In this document: positions 27,880-40,424 of the stretch, in pieces | Numbering within the stretch: the first letter of the stretch is position 1 | Layout: each line of letters begins with the position of its first letter | Source of the DNA: Ptychomitrium polyphyllum | Taxonomy: Eukaryota | Reading direction: 5' to 3' | Length of the DNA stretch: 64,000 bases | NCBI GenBank assembly: GCA_973851085.1 | Contig: OZ316776.1 | Span: 372,001-436,000, forward strand | The notes under the pieces: model-generated | What the model was told of the DNA's origin: nothing | The model's input: only the letters and a program-made list of their open reading frames with translations | The model's database searches: none | Position numbers and translations under genes: made by a program

Positions 27880-30833
27880 CTATCGCCGTGTTTTGGCACG
27901 CTTCATCTCTGGGTTGTTGAAAGGAGATGCTGTGCCACTCATAAATGCAGGACTCTCCTCTCGTAGCGTGCCATTCAACATAGCTAGTTCAAGGAGCTGA
28001 GCCTTCTTTACAAGATCGAATGTTTCATCCTGACGAAACCGTACACCAGCGGACTCTTTTTAATACGCATCTAAACCCAACATAAGCTAAACAAATGAAA
28101 TATCAAATCGAGCTATAACTGGTATGACAATAATTCATCCTCTAAAACAACTGGTATGATTATTTTACAGCCCTTTCAAACCATTTATTTCTTTACTGAC
28201 TGATAAGAATATAACTTGCACTTACCACAGGCTTGAGCAGTTCCTGGAGTATCTCACGTGCATGAATAAGTTGTGCATCAATAATATTGGCTGGAAGCTC
28301 TGCCTCCACCAACACATGTAAAGGCTCATTTAAATGCTCGAAACCAGGTTTATCCCTCATTTTGTCTTCCTGCAAAGAATCATGCCATCTAACTTAGAAA
28401 CTCTCAAGAAAAAGCACAGGTGTTCAAGTAAAAATGACATATGCAGGTCAGCATGTGATATCCAAACCACACTGGAGAATGGTACTAAGTGCAGTATATG
28501 CCTGACAAGTGTGAACTGCAAATTTTCAAAAACATTCACTCAATTGCAGCTTCTGTAACTTTCGAAACTAGTCTGACCTTAGCAGTGTCTTTAATTGAGC
28601 CCCGACCACGAATTAACACACGGCATCCTGTTGTTGCCTCCACTCGCTTCAATGAATTTCCTCGTGGGCCCAAAATTCTTCCAACAAAGTTAAACTGCAC
28701 GAATGGAAGTACATTATCATAAACGAACAAGTGCTCGTAAATGACAAAATTTAAAGAGCTTAAGCTTCAAGGGTACAGGTGCCACTTCAAAACGAGCACT
28801 AGCTTCTAAATACGCATCCCTATACTGCAACAGGAACGTTTTTGAAAGCTCTAGAAAAACTTCCACAGGTTGGAAGATCAACCAGATGCAAAATCAAAAT
28901 TTTCAGAATCTCTAAACCATGGATTTCTTGGGAAAACACCGGCCAGGCCAACCTAGGCACTCGCCATAAAATTCGAGACGCCAATACTGAAGAGGCTACA
29001 CCCATAAAAGACTACATTGAACAATATGGATACAGCTTCACAAACAAGGAGAATCCCTATACAAAGCAGTGCTCTATAATCGACTGATATAAACACTCAA
29101 ATGAAGGAATTTAGGTCATACATTGGGATACTTATCGACAGGAACGTCGATGCGCTGAGTCTTCTTCACTATCGAACCAGTGGGAGTGCCGGGAGTCCCA
29201 TGCCAGCCTACTTGAGGTAGTCCAAGCCTCTGTAGCATCACATCCACAGATTAATGATCACTACTTAGGATCAGCTACACAAGACGAACATAATACGTAG
29301 CTACAGGTTAGAATCACGCGCTGCTTAGAAATTGATACATCGCACAGATTAATCAATAATAATGCAGCTTTCATGAGCATACATCTCCCCAGCCGTTTAA
29401 GTCGCCAGAACCACCATTATTTAGAAGAGCGCCAGATGAAAGAGGGCTTCCATGCTCATGAACATCCTGGTCGAGAAAAGACGAATTTCCAACAAGCGTC
29501 GTTACTCGCACTATCTCTGTCCAGCCAGCGCTCAGAATATCAGAATATTAGATCTCGTACAATAGTGCATCGCAGCGGAGTAAGCTCTTTAAGGCAGGTT
29601 ATCACACCAACAGAGTGATCTTTTCTAAATAAGCTTATGAACGTAATTTGCAATGAATAATTTGATTGTTAGAATATAAATAAAACACTCCTTCTGGGAG
29701 AGAAAAATAAAAGTCTCGCCTGATAAAACATAGAAGGTTTAAAAATCAGAAGAATGTGAAGACCATCACCAATACTCACCTTGATTTAATAAACGACTAC
29801 AGTTAGGAAGAACTTGCATAAAAGGCCCTAAATTTTGTCTCTCCGCGAGCAGTTCAGACAGATACCTGCAAACCCAAGTGTCATGTCTCTTGGTTAGAAG
29901 ATTAAAATCCTGGCCAACAGATTCAACAACTGTAAGGCCCTCCTCAATATTTTCTGTCCGGAAAAGATAGAAATAGATATGCTGTACACTACAACACGGT
30001 AACTTCCTTTATTTATGAAAAACTATTTCTTATGTAGGAGACAAATCAGAGGTCGTAATCTCCAAACAGATTTTCTGCAAAAATTTCATGAAAAGAGAAA
30101 AGGAACCTCAGTCTTGAAAGTAAACTCAAAACACAAACGATACAGAAAACATGGTGCAATTGTCCACATTGGGTGTCCGGCATCACATAATGTTCCAAAC
30201 GAAACCCTAAAAACCTTACTCATAATCTTCCATAGCGAAAAGTAGCTGACATTCCCTCAGAAATACAACCTACGTCCAGAAACCGTCCCAGAATTCAATC
30301 TAAAATTAAAATATAAAATAGAATCAGCAAGCTCTTTGAAATCTCACTCAATTGGATTCGTGACTCATAATACTACTTCCCATAAAGTCGCTCTATGCTC
30401 TCTCAATGCTTCCTTCCATACCCTAACTTTTGTTTTTCTATTCCATCAACTCTCCCAAAGTGACATATGACATACATACCTGCGAAGCCACAGGTTCAGC
30501 ACAAGAAAAAAGGTACACGACAATGTCAAAACCAGAAACCAATAGAGAACAGCTAATTGAACCCCGTCATGCATCGTCAAATAACCTAATCCCACCTAGG
30601 GCCACTACAAACAAGCGCGCGCTCCTAGAAAGCTCCAAACGCAACACACAGAACAAAGATCAGATCAGATCACATCAAGAGTCAACATTCCACAGAAGTG
30701 AAAAACCACTTCAACAGCACAAGTGCAGCAGACGCGAATCCTACTTGTCGTGCTCAGCAGCGGCACTGACGCGAATGCCCAATTGCGGAGACCCTCCTCC
30801 CGACGGTGAAAACTGCATGTACCTCCCTGCCAT
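27880..30833 (-). CDS. STAR-family (Quaking/SF1-like) KH-domain RNA-binding protein, SPIN1-like
   Basis: Exons 30745-30833, ~29780-29865 ([28 protein letters not shown]), ~29383-29518, ~29123-29230 ([11 protein letters not shown]), ~28578-28694 ([24 protein letters not shown]), ~28226-28369 and 27880-28029 ([19 protein letters not shown]...KRAKTRR*). Confidence 0.95.
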
Positions 30834-31269
30834 TCCTCTCCAAACCCTCCCTGCACTTTCCCTCCTCCCTCCTCCCTCCTCCCTCTCACTGTCCCTCGCC
30901 CTCCCCCGCTCTCTCTCGCTCTCTCGCTCTCTCCTTCCCTGCCTGCCGCAATGAGCTAAGTCGCCAGCACCTGCAACGCCATCCGTGCGTGAACGCCCCC
31001 GCCGCCGCTCATCCTCCGCACAGGAGCGCACCTGGGGCAAATTGACGAAAACTGCACCAAAGTGAAGTGAGAGGGGAGCGAAAAGGTGCGAAGCGGGTGC
31101 GGGTGCGGGTGCGGGTGTGAAGCGTGGAAGACGTGGAACCCGAAGGGCGTTGGAGGGGCTTGTGTTGTGTTGTGTGGTGTGGTGTTGTGGGGTGGTTGCA
31201 GCAGCGGCAGGCGACGACACCACCCCCCCACTGCACCACCACCAACCCCCTTTCCACTGGAAGCCCCGC

Positions 31270-31339
31270 TGTTCCCTGTTCCCTGTTCCCTGTTCCCTGT
31301 TCCCTGTTCCCTGTTCCCTGTTCCCTGTTCCCTGTTCCC
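31270..31339. repeat. (TGTTCCC)10 perfect heptamer array upstream of the KH gene
   Basis: Ten exact copies. Confidence 0.95.
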
Positions 31340-32380
31340 CATCCCTGGTGAAACCCCCACGACTGATTGCTCCCTTCTTCTGCAACCCCCCCACCTTCTT
31401 ACTTTCCTCCATCGCTCTCGTGGACCCGTCACCGACGCTTTCAGTGCTGCACTGCACACTCCGGAGTGACGCCATCAACTCTTCCATCTTTGGGTTCTTG
31501 TGAAGAATGTGTTTGACTTGTGCACATTCTCCTTGTCATTACGAGCTTGCAACAATCAATATGTATTTCCTGCAATCCACTCACATCACTGCATGTAAGA
31601 GAAGATTAAATCCTTTGTAATGAGGGATAGAACTTCATGTCCACAATCATGGCGGCTACAATGACGTACCGCAATTGCTAGCCTAATTGATCCATTTCTG
31701 CCTCTACTATGCTGTAGGTAACTTTAGCCGCCGTTTACCCTAATCCTCTTGAGACTCTGTGCAATGTCCCGCTCAGGTATGCCAAACTCGAAATCCATCA
31801 TGACCGTCATATCCATTACAACAATCCATCTACTAGATTCCTCCGTAAGGTCAAATCCAACATTGACCAAACAAAGATAAATGAAATTTTACCTTGTTAA
31901 CATAGTCTAGAGAGCGTATTGTTTAGTGACACGCTGACTTCAAACAACCCCAGCTTTGTATTGAACTGCAATTACAAGTAGGCGGGGATTACGGATTGAC
32001 AACTGGATGTATGCAATGACAAGAAATTGGAGACTGCACTCGCTAATTGCAACTATTGGCTAGTTAGCTACATTGTCTGGAATTTATAACTATTGATGTA
32101 TGACTTTAGATTTATATCAATTGCAAAAAAGTAACCACGGGACCTTAGCAACCATGGACCTTAGCAACCTTAACAATACATAAGAGAATTGGAGCTATTT
32201 AAATATAGGTAAAAAATGGCCACAAAATCCAAGGCTCTAAGGCATGGTAAGTAGCTTGGATTGTCATACAACATGCCAAAAATCTAAGGGACTTTTTTTA
32301 TAAGGGTTGCATCTAAGGCAAGCAATAAAGAGCTTCATTTTTAATTGGAGTGGGAACTTGTGCAAGTACATTGTTAAAAA

Positions 32381-33187
32381 TTGTGCATTCTAAATTGTGG
32401 ATCTATGAGGACTTCATCCTTGGAAGGCGCAAGGTATTTCTTCATCTTCATTGATGATTTTTTAAACAAAGTGTGGGCATACATCTTTAAGGCCAAAAGT
32501 GAGTACTTTGCAAAATTCAAGGAATTTAAGGCACTTGAAGAGAAGCAATATAAATCTAAGATTAAGGTGTTGCGGTTGAACAATGGTATTATGTTCCTCT
32601 CCAAGCGCTTTGATGATTTCTTAAAGGGTGAAGGTACTGCATGGGAAACCTCCATTCTATAATAAAATGGACTTGTCAAAAGGGCTAATTGTATTTTTGT
32701 GAAGATGGCAATGAGCATACTTCATGTTCAACATCTAAGGCATGGATTATAAACAAAAGAAGTGGTAAATGCAATGTACACAAGAAAGAGGTTCTATATG
32801 AGTACCCTTACATTTATGACCCCTAAAGATGCTTGGAATGATAGGAAGCATTGTATTTTACACGCAAGGACCTTTCAATGCCTTGCATATGCAAAAGTGC
32901 TAGATTGTACAAGGTCCAAGCTTAATAAAAAAGGTAACAAGTGTGTGTTCTTTGGTTATTATGAAGTACCAAGCCATATAGACTGATGTATATAGAAAAT
33001 AAGAAAATCATTAAAAAATATGAAATTGACTTATTGAAACAAAAGAGTGCTTGAAAGCTCTTGGAACTTGTCGAAGTGGCAATAAAGATTTAACTATAAA
33101 TACATCCTCTATTTCAATAAAGAAAAAATATGAATAATAGATCCATGTGAAGAACCTCAGAAAGGAGAGAAGAAAGTGTCTATTGCT
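32381..33187 (+). mobile_element. Degenerate Ty1/Copia element, left part (integrase)
   Basis: CGSMRTSSLEGARYFFIFIDDF..VWAYIFKAKSE..KIKVLRLNNG (rve core) and FQCLAYAKV..KLNKKGNKCVFFGY; contains stops and frameshifts. Confidence 0.88.
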
Positions 33188-36100
33188 TGTTAGGAACACA
33201 ACAAAGAAGAAATAAAAACAAAGTGCTTCCAAGAATTAGCTTCCAAAGAGCTAAAGATTAACAAAAAATGATATAAACACTAAAACAAGGCACGATATAA
33301 TATAATCTCCAATTAAAAAAAGCTAGTCTAAAGTATACCTTTGCTTGCTTCTTATTTAAACTATGACACTTGTATTGTCCTAAATACTTCTATCAAAGCT
33401 TCCAACAAAGCTTAAACATATTCTAGAAGGTTATAGAACCTTTTCAAGAAGTTTTTTGAGATGATGAAACCTTCCCAACAAGCTTCTAAGGAGATAGAAC
33501 CTTCCCTAGAAATTTCCCAACCTAGTCGAAACAGCAATGGAGCCACTAAGAGTATTCTAAGAAGCTATTATAATATACTAGCATTATTGGGAAGGTTATA
33601 AAAACAATGTTGCATGATTTATGTCCGTGACATCACCTCCGCTTTTAGCAACAAATCTCATAAAAAGCTTTCTTATGGCTTGCCCGTCACATCTCCACAA
33701 ATTCCAAAATCTATTGAAGAAGGAAACGACACATTCAACTTGTTGTTCTTTGCCTACTAATTCAATTGGTCCTTGCAGGATGCACCAATGACCACCAGCC
33801 AAGACTTCTCTTGTTGAAAAGTCCCAGCCCAAGATTTTATCTTGATTGAGTCCTTCAAAACTTCCTCCAAACAGGATCTCCGGTCCTCTGAGAGATACTC
33901 TTCCAACTTCTAACAAGATGACTGAAACCTCAATTATCTGAATCAAGAGTAGAATGTCAAGGACAACCGGCCAATATTTCTATACAAGGTCGCATTTAAA
34001 ATTGGAAAGTCTCTCTTAAATCTTGGCTTAGATCCTCCATTACAAATCCTCCATTGAAGAAATTTGCAGACTTTTGTAGATGCACTTATTACATTCATTG
34101 AAGGCTTCCATATTTGGTCATTGATGCCATATTCTTGCCAAAGTATAAGATACTCCACATGTCCATTTTTGATGCGCAAATCTAAAATATCTTCAACTTT
34201 ATACCCCATTTCATTATTGATTTCCACCCGAGGAGGTAGAGGAACAACCTTCTCTAATATACATGACTTGTTGTAAGTTTCTAATAAAGATACATGGATT
34301 ATTAGATGAATTTGCATGGTTGGTGGTAGCTTGTGGCAATAACTAATCGGACTTATCTATTTGCCAATTTCAAACAGCCCGAGCCTTTGATAGTCCAGCT
34401 TCTTTGATAGTATATTTGTTTGTATATTTTGTTGTAGAAGTCATACGCTATCTCCAACCTTGAACTTTGGATGGTCCTTTTTATAACAATCTATATAAGT
34501 TTTGTATTGATCTTAAGCTTGTTATAACTCCAAAACAAGATCTTAGTGGATTTTAGAAAAGTTAAATTATAGAATTCTCTGTTGCAGAGTTTGTAACATC
34601 CTTTGCTTGAAATGAATGTGCTCAAGGATGATGGCTATAGTTTGTAAAGAATGGATTTTAAGTTGTTTCAAAATGCATCATATTTTTGAATGCAAACTGT
34701 GCCAAAGGTAAGAAATCCACCAAATTGTCTTGCTGGTAGTTTATGCTACAAGAAAGGTACTACTCCAAAATTTTATTCACGCATTTGGTTTGACCATTAG
34801 TTTGCAGATGGTATACTGAAAATAGTTTAATTTTCATACGCAACAGCTGGAATAGGGCCCTCTAATAGTTGAAAATGAATTGCAGCCTTTAATCGGATAT
34901 ATTATCATTTGGTAGCCCATGAATGCAATAGATATGATTTAAGAACAATTTGGCAGTCTCTTCTCCCGTTACCGTCTTGTTGCATGGAATAAAATGTGCC
35001 ATCTTGGTAGACCAATCCACCACTATTACAATCGAATCTTTAGAACTGAAGTTTAAAAGGTCCGTGATAAAATCCATAGACAATGACAACCATGGATCCT
35101 TTGACACTAGAAGCGGATGGAGGAGACCATGAAGTTGGTGTCTTGGTACCTTGGTCCATGCGCAAGTGTCGCATGATCGTAAAAAGTCCTTTGCATCTTT
35201 CCACATTTGTAGCCATCAATAGTTTTTAGCAACCGACTCCATTGTTTTTTGAATCCAAAATGCCCAGCTATTGGAAAATCATGATGTGCTTGAAGGATCT
35301 TCAATTGCAAATGACATGGAAATAGGTACAAAAGTCTTTTATAATAAAACAAGCCTTCTTGGAATTTAAAGTCCTCATCATTATTTGAAGGATCCCCGTT
35401 GTCTTTGAGGCGCCTACTCATATTTGAAATAAAAACATCATTCTTCAAAGCCCTCCAAATTTTGTTGAGATGGAATGTTGTGATAATTGTCGCTGCTTTC
35501 AATTGAAGATTTTGTGGCTTCAATAAAATAGTCCTTTGTTGATCCAAAACATCATCTCCAAGTTAAAGAGCTAAATAAGATCTTCGAGATAAGGCATCTA
35601 ACTTACCTTATAGGCTACCAGATTAATAAGTAATGACAAATTCAAATGTGAAAAGCGACATATTCCACCTTGCTTGACGGCAATTCAAAACGCAAGCACT
35701 CATGAAATACTCCAAGTTCTTGTGGTCTATGTGTATTGAGATGATATGTTGAGCTCCTTCCAACAAATGCCGCCATTCTTCAAACGCATTTTCAATTGCA
35801 AGTAACTCCTTCTCATATATATCATCACTGATTGTTGTTATTGAAAATTGCCTTGAACAAAAGGCAATAGGGTGGAGTTTCTTGTCTTCATTATATTATG
35901 AGAATACTAAGCCAAGCGCAAAATCTGATGCATCCGCTTCCAAATAAAAAGGCTTGGACAAGTTTGGATGAATAAGGATTGGAGCCAACGTAAATGACTT
36001 CTTAAGACTTTGAAATGTATTTTCTGCCTCTTCATTCCAAGTTAAGTTTTGCTTCCTCGTACATTGTATCAATAATGCGGCAATCTTGAAATAGTCCTTA

Positions 36101-39100
36101 GTGAATATCCTGTAAAAGTTTGCAAATTCCAAGAAGTATTGAACATCTTCAATTGATCTTGACGTACTTCACTTTATAACAATGCTTATTTCTTTTCATC
36201 CGTATGGATTCTTCCTTTAGAAATGATGTAGCCTAAAAATTCAACCAAGGATTCATACAAAATGCACTTCTCTAATTTGGCATATAATCCTTGCTAGCAT
36301 AATTTTTCTAAGACCAGTTGAACATGACATTTGTGATTTTTTTCATCCTATAAATACATCAAAATGTCATCCAAGTAGATGATTATAAAATCATCCAAAA
36401 GTATATAGAAGATATCATTCATCATGTGTTGGAAGACAGTAAGGACATTTATAAGGCCAAAAAGCATGACATTATATTCAAAATGGTCATACCTAGATCA
36501 AAAGGTTGTCTTCCATTCGTCTCCTTCTTTCATGCGTACAAGATTGTAGACTTTCATAGGATCAATCTTGGTAAATATCTTTGCCTAGACAAGTTACTAT
36601 ACAAGACTTGAGATTAATGGTAATGAATAGCGATTCTTCTTGGTCACTTTTTGAGGGCCTCCACACTCCAAGCACATACGTAATGATTCATCTTTTTTCT
36701 TTATAAATAAGATGGGTGTTCCAACTAATGATTTAAAATGTTAAATGAAGCCTCTTTTGAGGTTTTCATCAATATATTCTCTCAAGGCAGACAATTCGAT
36801 TTGTACTAGGTTATACATACATTCAAAAGATGGTTGAGCTCCTTCTTAAAACTCGATGGCACAATCGTAAGGCTAATGCTTTGATGATATGTCCGCATTC
36901 TTTTTCTCAAAAAAAACTTTATAATCTTAATATTGATGAGGTATGGCCTCATTAGTTTCTAGTATAGAATCGGATATTGGCGTAGGATTAGTGGCAAAGA
37001 TTGGTTTATGCTTTGCGGCTCTCAAAAATGCCTTAGCTCTAATAAATGATGGTCCAAGGTTTCTTGTATCTTGACGTCTTTTCCTTGAGACTACACTTCG
37101 TGAACGCTAAGTAATGTCTGAATTATGTAAGTCAAACCAAAGAAAGTCCACCACGATAGGAGTTGTTCTGCATTGAATGATGTTGAAGACAATGTTAGAT
37201 GCTTGGTCTCCTAAAACAACCTCCAAAGGTTGAATTTCTTCAATAACATTGTCAGATGCAACATATCATCCATCGATAACTTCAACAAGTGCAAGATGTT
37301 TTTTGTTCACAAGCACCATGTGATATTTGGTTGCAAAATCCTTGTCTATGAAGCATGTCGTTGCACTAGTGTCCAAAAGAGCTTCATTAACTATTTAATC
37401 ATTTAACAATTGATTTTGATAAGAAATGTAAAGCAAAAGGTAGGAATTGGAGGTAATAAGATACTTTGATTTTATGATTGTTTCCTTGTGGTGTCCAATT
37501 GCACAATTTCTAGTGTGACTAAACAGCCTCGGTTTCAAATTACACTATTGTATTTTGAGCCTTAAATATCCCATGATTTTGCAATCACGTGCTTTATATT
37601 CAAACTTGCCACAATACAAACATAGGTTTCATCTCCAACGCCTTTTGATTTTTTTTGAATTCAAACCTCTAAATTTGGCAGCATCAATTTGCATAGGTTT
37701 TGGTCCTTGTGGTCGACTTTCGAATAATTTTGAAGAAGTGGTTGTCATACCTTGATGTATTAGTTGCCGTTTCAAGCGTTGTTCTTACAGTTTCTCAAAT
37801 AATTTATTGCCACATGCTATTGCTTGAGTGATGAATTTGTCCAACGTTTCAACCTCTAGCATTGTGAGTAGTAAGTCCTTCACATTCTCTTTCAAGCTCC
37901 ATCGGAATTGTGTAACCAAGGACTTATTGTTCCAATCAAGGTCACAAGCTAGTTGTTGAAACTCTGCAACATATGTAACAGCCGAGTATTGTCTATATTG
38001 TAGGCTCTAAATCCTTGTTTCAACCGCCCGCTCTTGGCCGGCGCCTCCAAAGGTAGATGTCAACACTTCCATAAAAACACCTAAATTGTTCAATAATAGT
38101 GACTGCTTTTGCCATTAACGGTACAAACCACAATAGTATTTTTTTTTATAGAGGAATGGCTATAAATCCTTGTTGAATAGTGCCATCAGGATAGCGAGAT
38201 TGATGCAAACGGAAGAAGATCCTTATTTGTTGAATAAAGCCTCTCAACTTTGAGCTTGATCCATCAAGTTTGTTTGGCATATTAATCTTTGGCTCAACAT
38301 GGTTTTAAAGTAAGCCTTCTCTTCTAATATTAGCTTCTCGCAATCAAACAATCTTTTAATATAAACTTTGTGTATCGCCATTGGATTCTTCAGCTTGCCG
38401 AGTATGTTGTTTTAGATTGCCGGTGGTATTGAAGCGAGCCAGTTTTGTTTGAGCTGTATTTAATAACTCTTGAAGGTTTGCAATAGTTGCAAACTTATTC
38501 TTTGATGTTCTAGGCACGTTATCCATTATTTTTGACTGTCTAAGACAAGAAGACTATGAATATCTTCAAAAGAGGGTAATCCTCATCTTTTGAAAGATTG
38601 ATCCTTCTTCAAAAGAAGTAGTACTTGTTTTTAGAAGAAAAAACCAACTTATGGTGTCAGCTTAGAAGAGGGTAATCCGCAACCTCTAAGATGCTATGGG
38701 ATCCTAAAGAAGATGGATAATCTACTATTTTCTTCAAAGAACCTTAGCTTTGACAAAGATGAAGAATAGTCTTGCTAAATTATTGGAGCTACAAGAAATA
38801 AGAAGCAATGACAAAGTGTTTCCTAAGAATTAGCTTCTAAATAGCTAATGTCTTATAAAAAATGTTACAAAAGACTAAAACAATATAGGAGTCACGCACC
38901 TCTCTTTTAGAAGTACTCGGAACATTAAGGGCATAAGGGGGACGCGGGAGTGACGTTCAGGACTTGTGGCGCTGATAGTAAGGTGAACCGAGTGGACTTA
39001 GCGTGGGAAGGTACCCGAAAAGGAGAGATATCCTTGCCCATATAGACTTAAGGCCACAAGGGTGAAATTGTAGGGATTAGAAGACTCACAACAACCTGAG

Positions 39101-40424
39101 TCTAGAATACTAAAATTTTCTCAATTTGGACTAGGAAGCTAGAAGATATGGCACCCCAAAGTTGGAGCTACCTAAGGCTGTTTTAGACTGTGGCAATCCC
39201 AGACTATGACTGTGATGGACTGAGACAATGGTGAGTGGGACTCTTCAAGAGTTCCGAAGCTTAGGAGTGGCATATCTTCTGGAATACAAAGTCAAATTGG
39301 ACGTTTGAGGAGTCTATCAGCATGTACGCAGAGAGTAGATGATGATACAGTAGTTTCTTTATAGAATTGGACACCAAACATAAAAGATATGGCTCCTTGA
39401 AGGTCCGTAGGAAGTCGTGCAGGCTTCCAGCGGCTAAGTTCCAAAGGAGATCAAGAGGTCTTCCAAAGTTTTTGGTCTGTTGGGATTCAGCCAGCTCCAA
39501 AGGGCCAGGGGGACTACCAAATTCTACAGAGAGTACTATAGGGGAGGGCTGGTTCCCCTCCCTATGCCCCTTATGTTCTGATAGGAACCAAAGGTGAATT
39601 TCGGTTGGTGGAGCTATTGTTGGGCTTTACCATGGAGACTCCCACATCATTGTGAGTTGGTGGGTGACCAGTTTCCCGAAAGGAACTAGTGAGATTAAAA
39701 GAGTACGTTTGTTATCACTAAGTTGAGGTGGTATCTTCACGCCGACATTATGGTGACCCGGGGTGATCTTAGGGTCACATGGGAATCATGTGTGGTGGTG
39801 AGGAGACACCACTAAGTGCAGTTAGGCCGTGTGGAATGGAAATAACACCAAGTGAGGCCTTAGACATTAATGGAAGTCTGCACCTAACCATTGGCTGCCA
39901 ATCAATTGGGTGTCCTCAGAGAAATGGTAGAGAAAATTTGAATCCAAACTTAGAACTTGGAGAGTAAAAATGGGGATTAACTATGTGCATGTGGGGATGT
40001 ACAAAGTTGATGTGCATGACATTATTAAGGTGCAGTACAAGAATTGCAACAGTAAGATATAATATGATCCACAACTTGTGTTGGCAAGAGTAAGGTATAT
40101 CTTATCTTATCTTGTATTTATACTACTATGTTGTATCTCCAAAAATACTTTTAAAGAAGCTTCCTATAAAACTTAAGAATGTTCTAGAAGTCTAAGGAAC
40201 CTTCCTAAGAAATTTTCTAAGATGATAGAACCTTCTTAAGAAGCTTCCAAGAACTTGGTACCTTCTTAGAAAGTTTTCCAAGGTGGTGGAACTTTTTAAG
40301 GAAGTTTTTTAAGGTGGTGGAGACGGCTATGGAGACATTGAAAGTATTCTAAAAAGCTACTATATTTTATCAAAAGGTTCAAGAAGGTTTTAAAGATTAT
40401 ATTGCATGATCTTTGCAGGTTATA
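33188..40424 (-). mobile_element. Degenerate full-length Ty3/Gypsy chromovirus (Tcn1-like by inference) inserted into the Copia element
   Basis: 3' LTR 33188-33632 preceded by a PPT (AAAAGCGGAGGTGA on the element strand); chromodomain ~34070-34210 (YKVEDILD..VEYLILWQEYG); integrase ~34400-35300 (PWLSLSMDFIT, MAHFIPC); RNase H (FYLEADASDFALG); RT (IIYLDDIL ~36365-36390); protease (ALLDTSAT ~37360-37385); gag with Zn knuckle CLYCGK ~37610; interrupted 5' LTR at 38781-38883 plus ~40052-40424. Confidence 0.92.
38884..40051. mobile_element. ~1.17 kb non-coding insert (probable solo LTR of another family) inside the Gypsy 5' LTR
   Basis: LTR homology stops at 38883 (gactaaaacaa) and resumes at ~40052 (gtaagatataatatg). 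Insert ends TATAGG.../...GCAACA resemble TG..CA; no coding motifs; TSD ambiguous. Confidence 0.7.

Noticed and set aside
30741..31503. Long overlapping ORFs with REQGTGN / FPVPCSL repeats, and similar ORFs at 3137-3626, 6350-7339 and 23640-24064
   Set aside because: Artefacts of stop-free microsatellites and GC-rich promoter/leader DNA.
39637..39650. TCCCACATC, resembling the plant snRNA USE element
   Set aside because: No downstream TATA or snRNA sequence, and it lies within a transposon insert.
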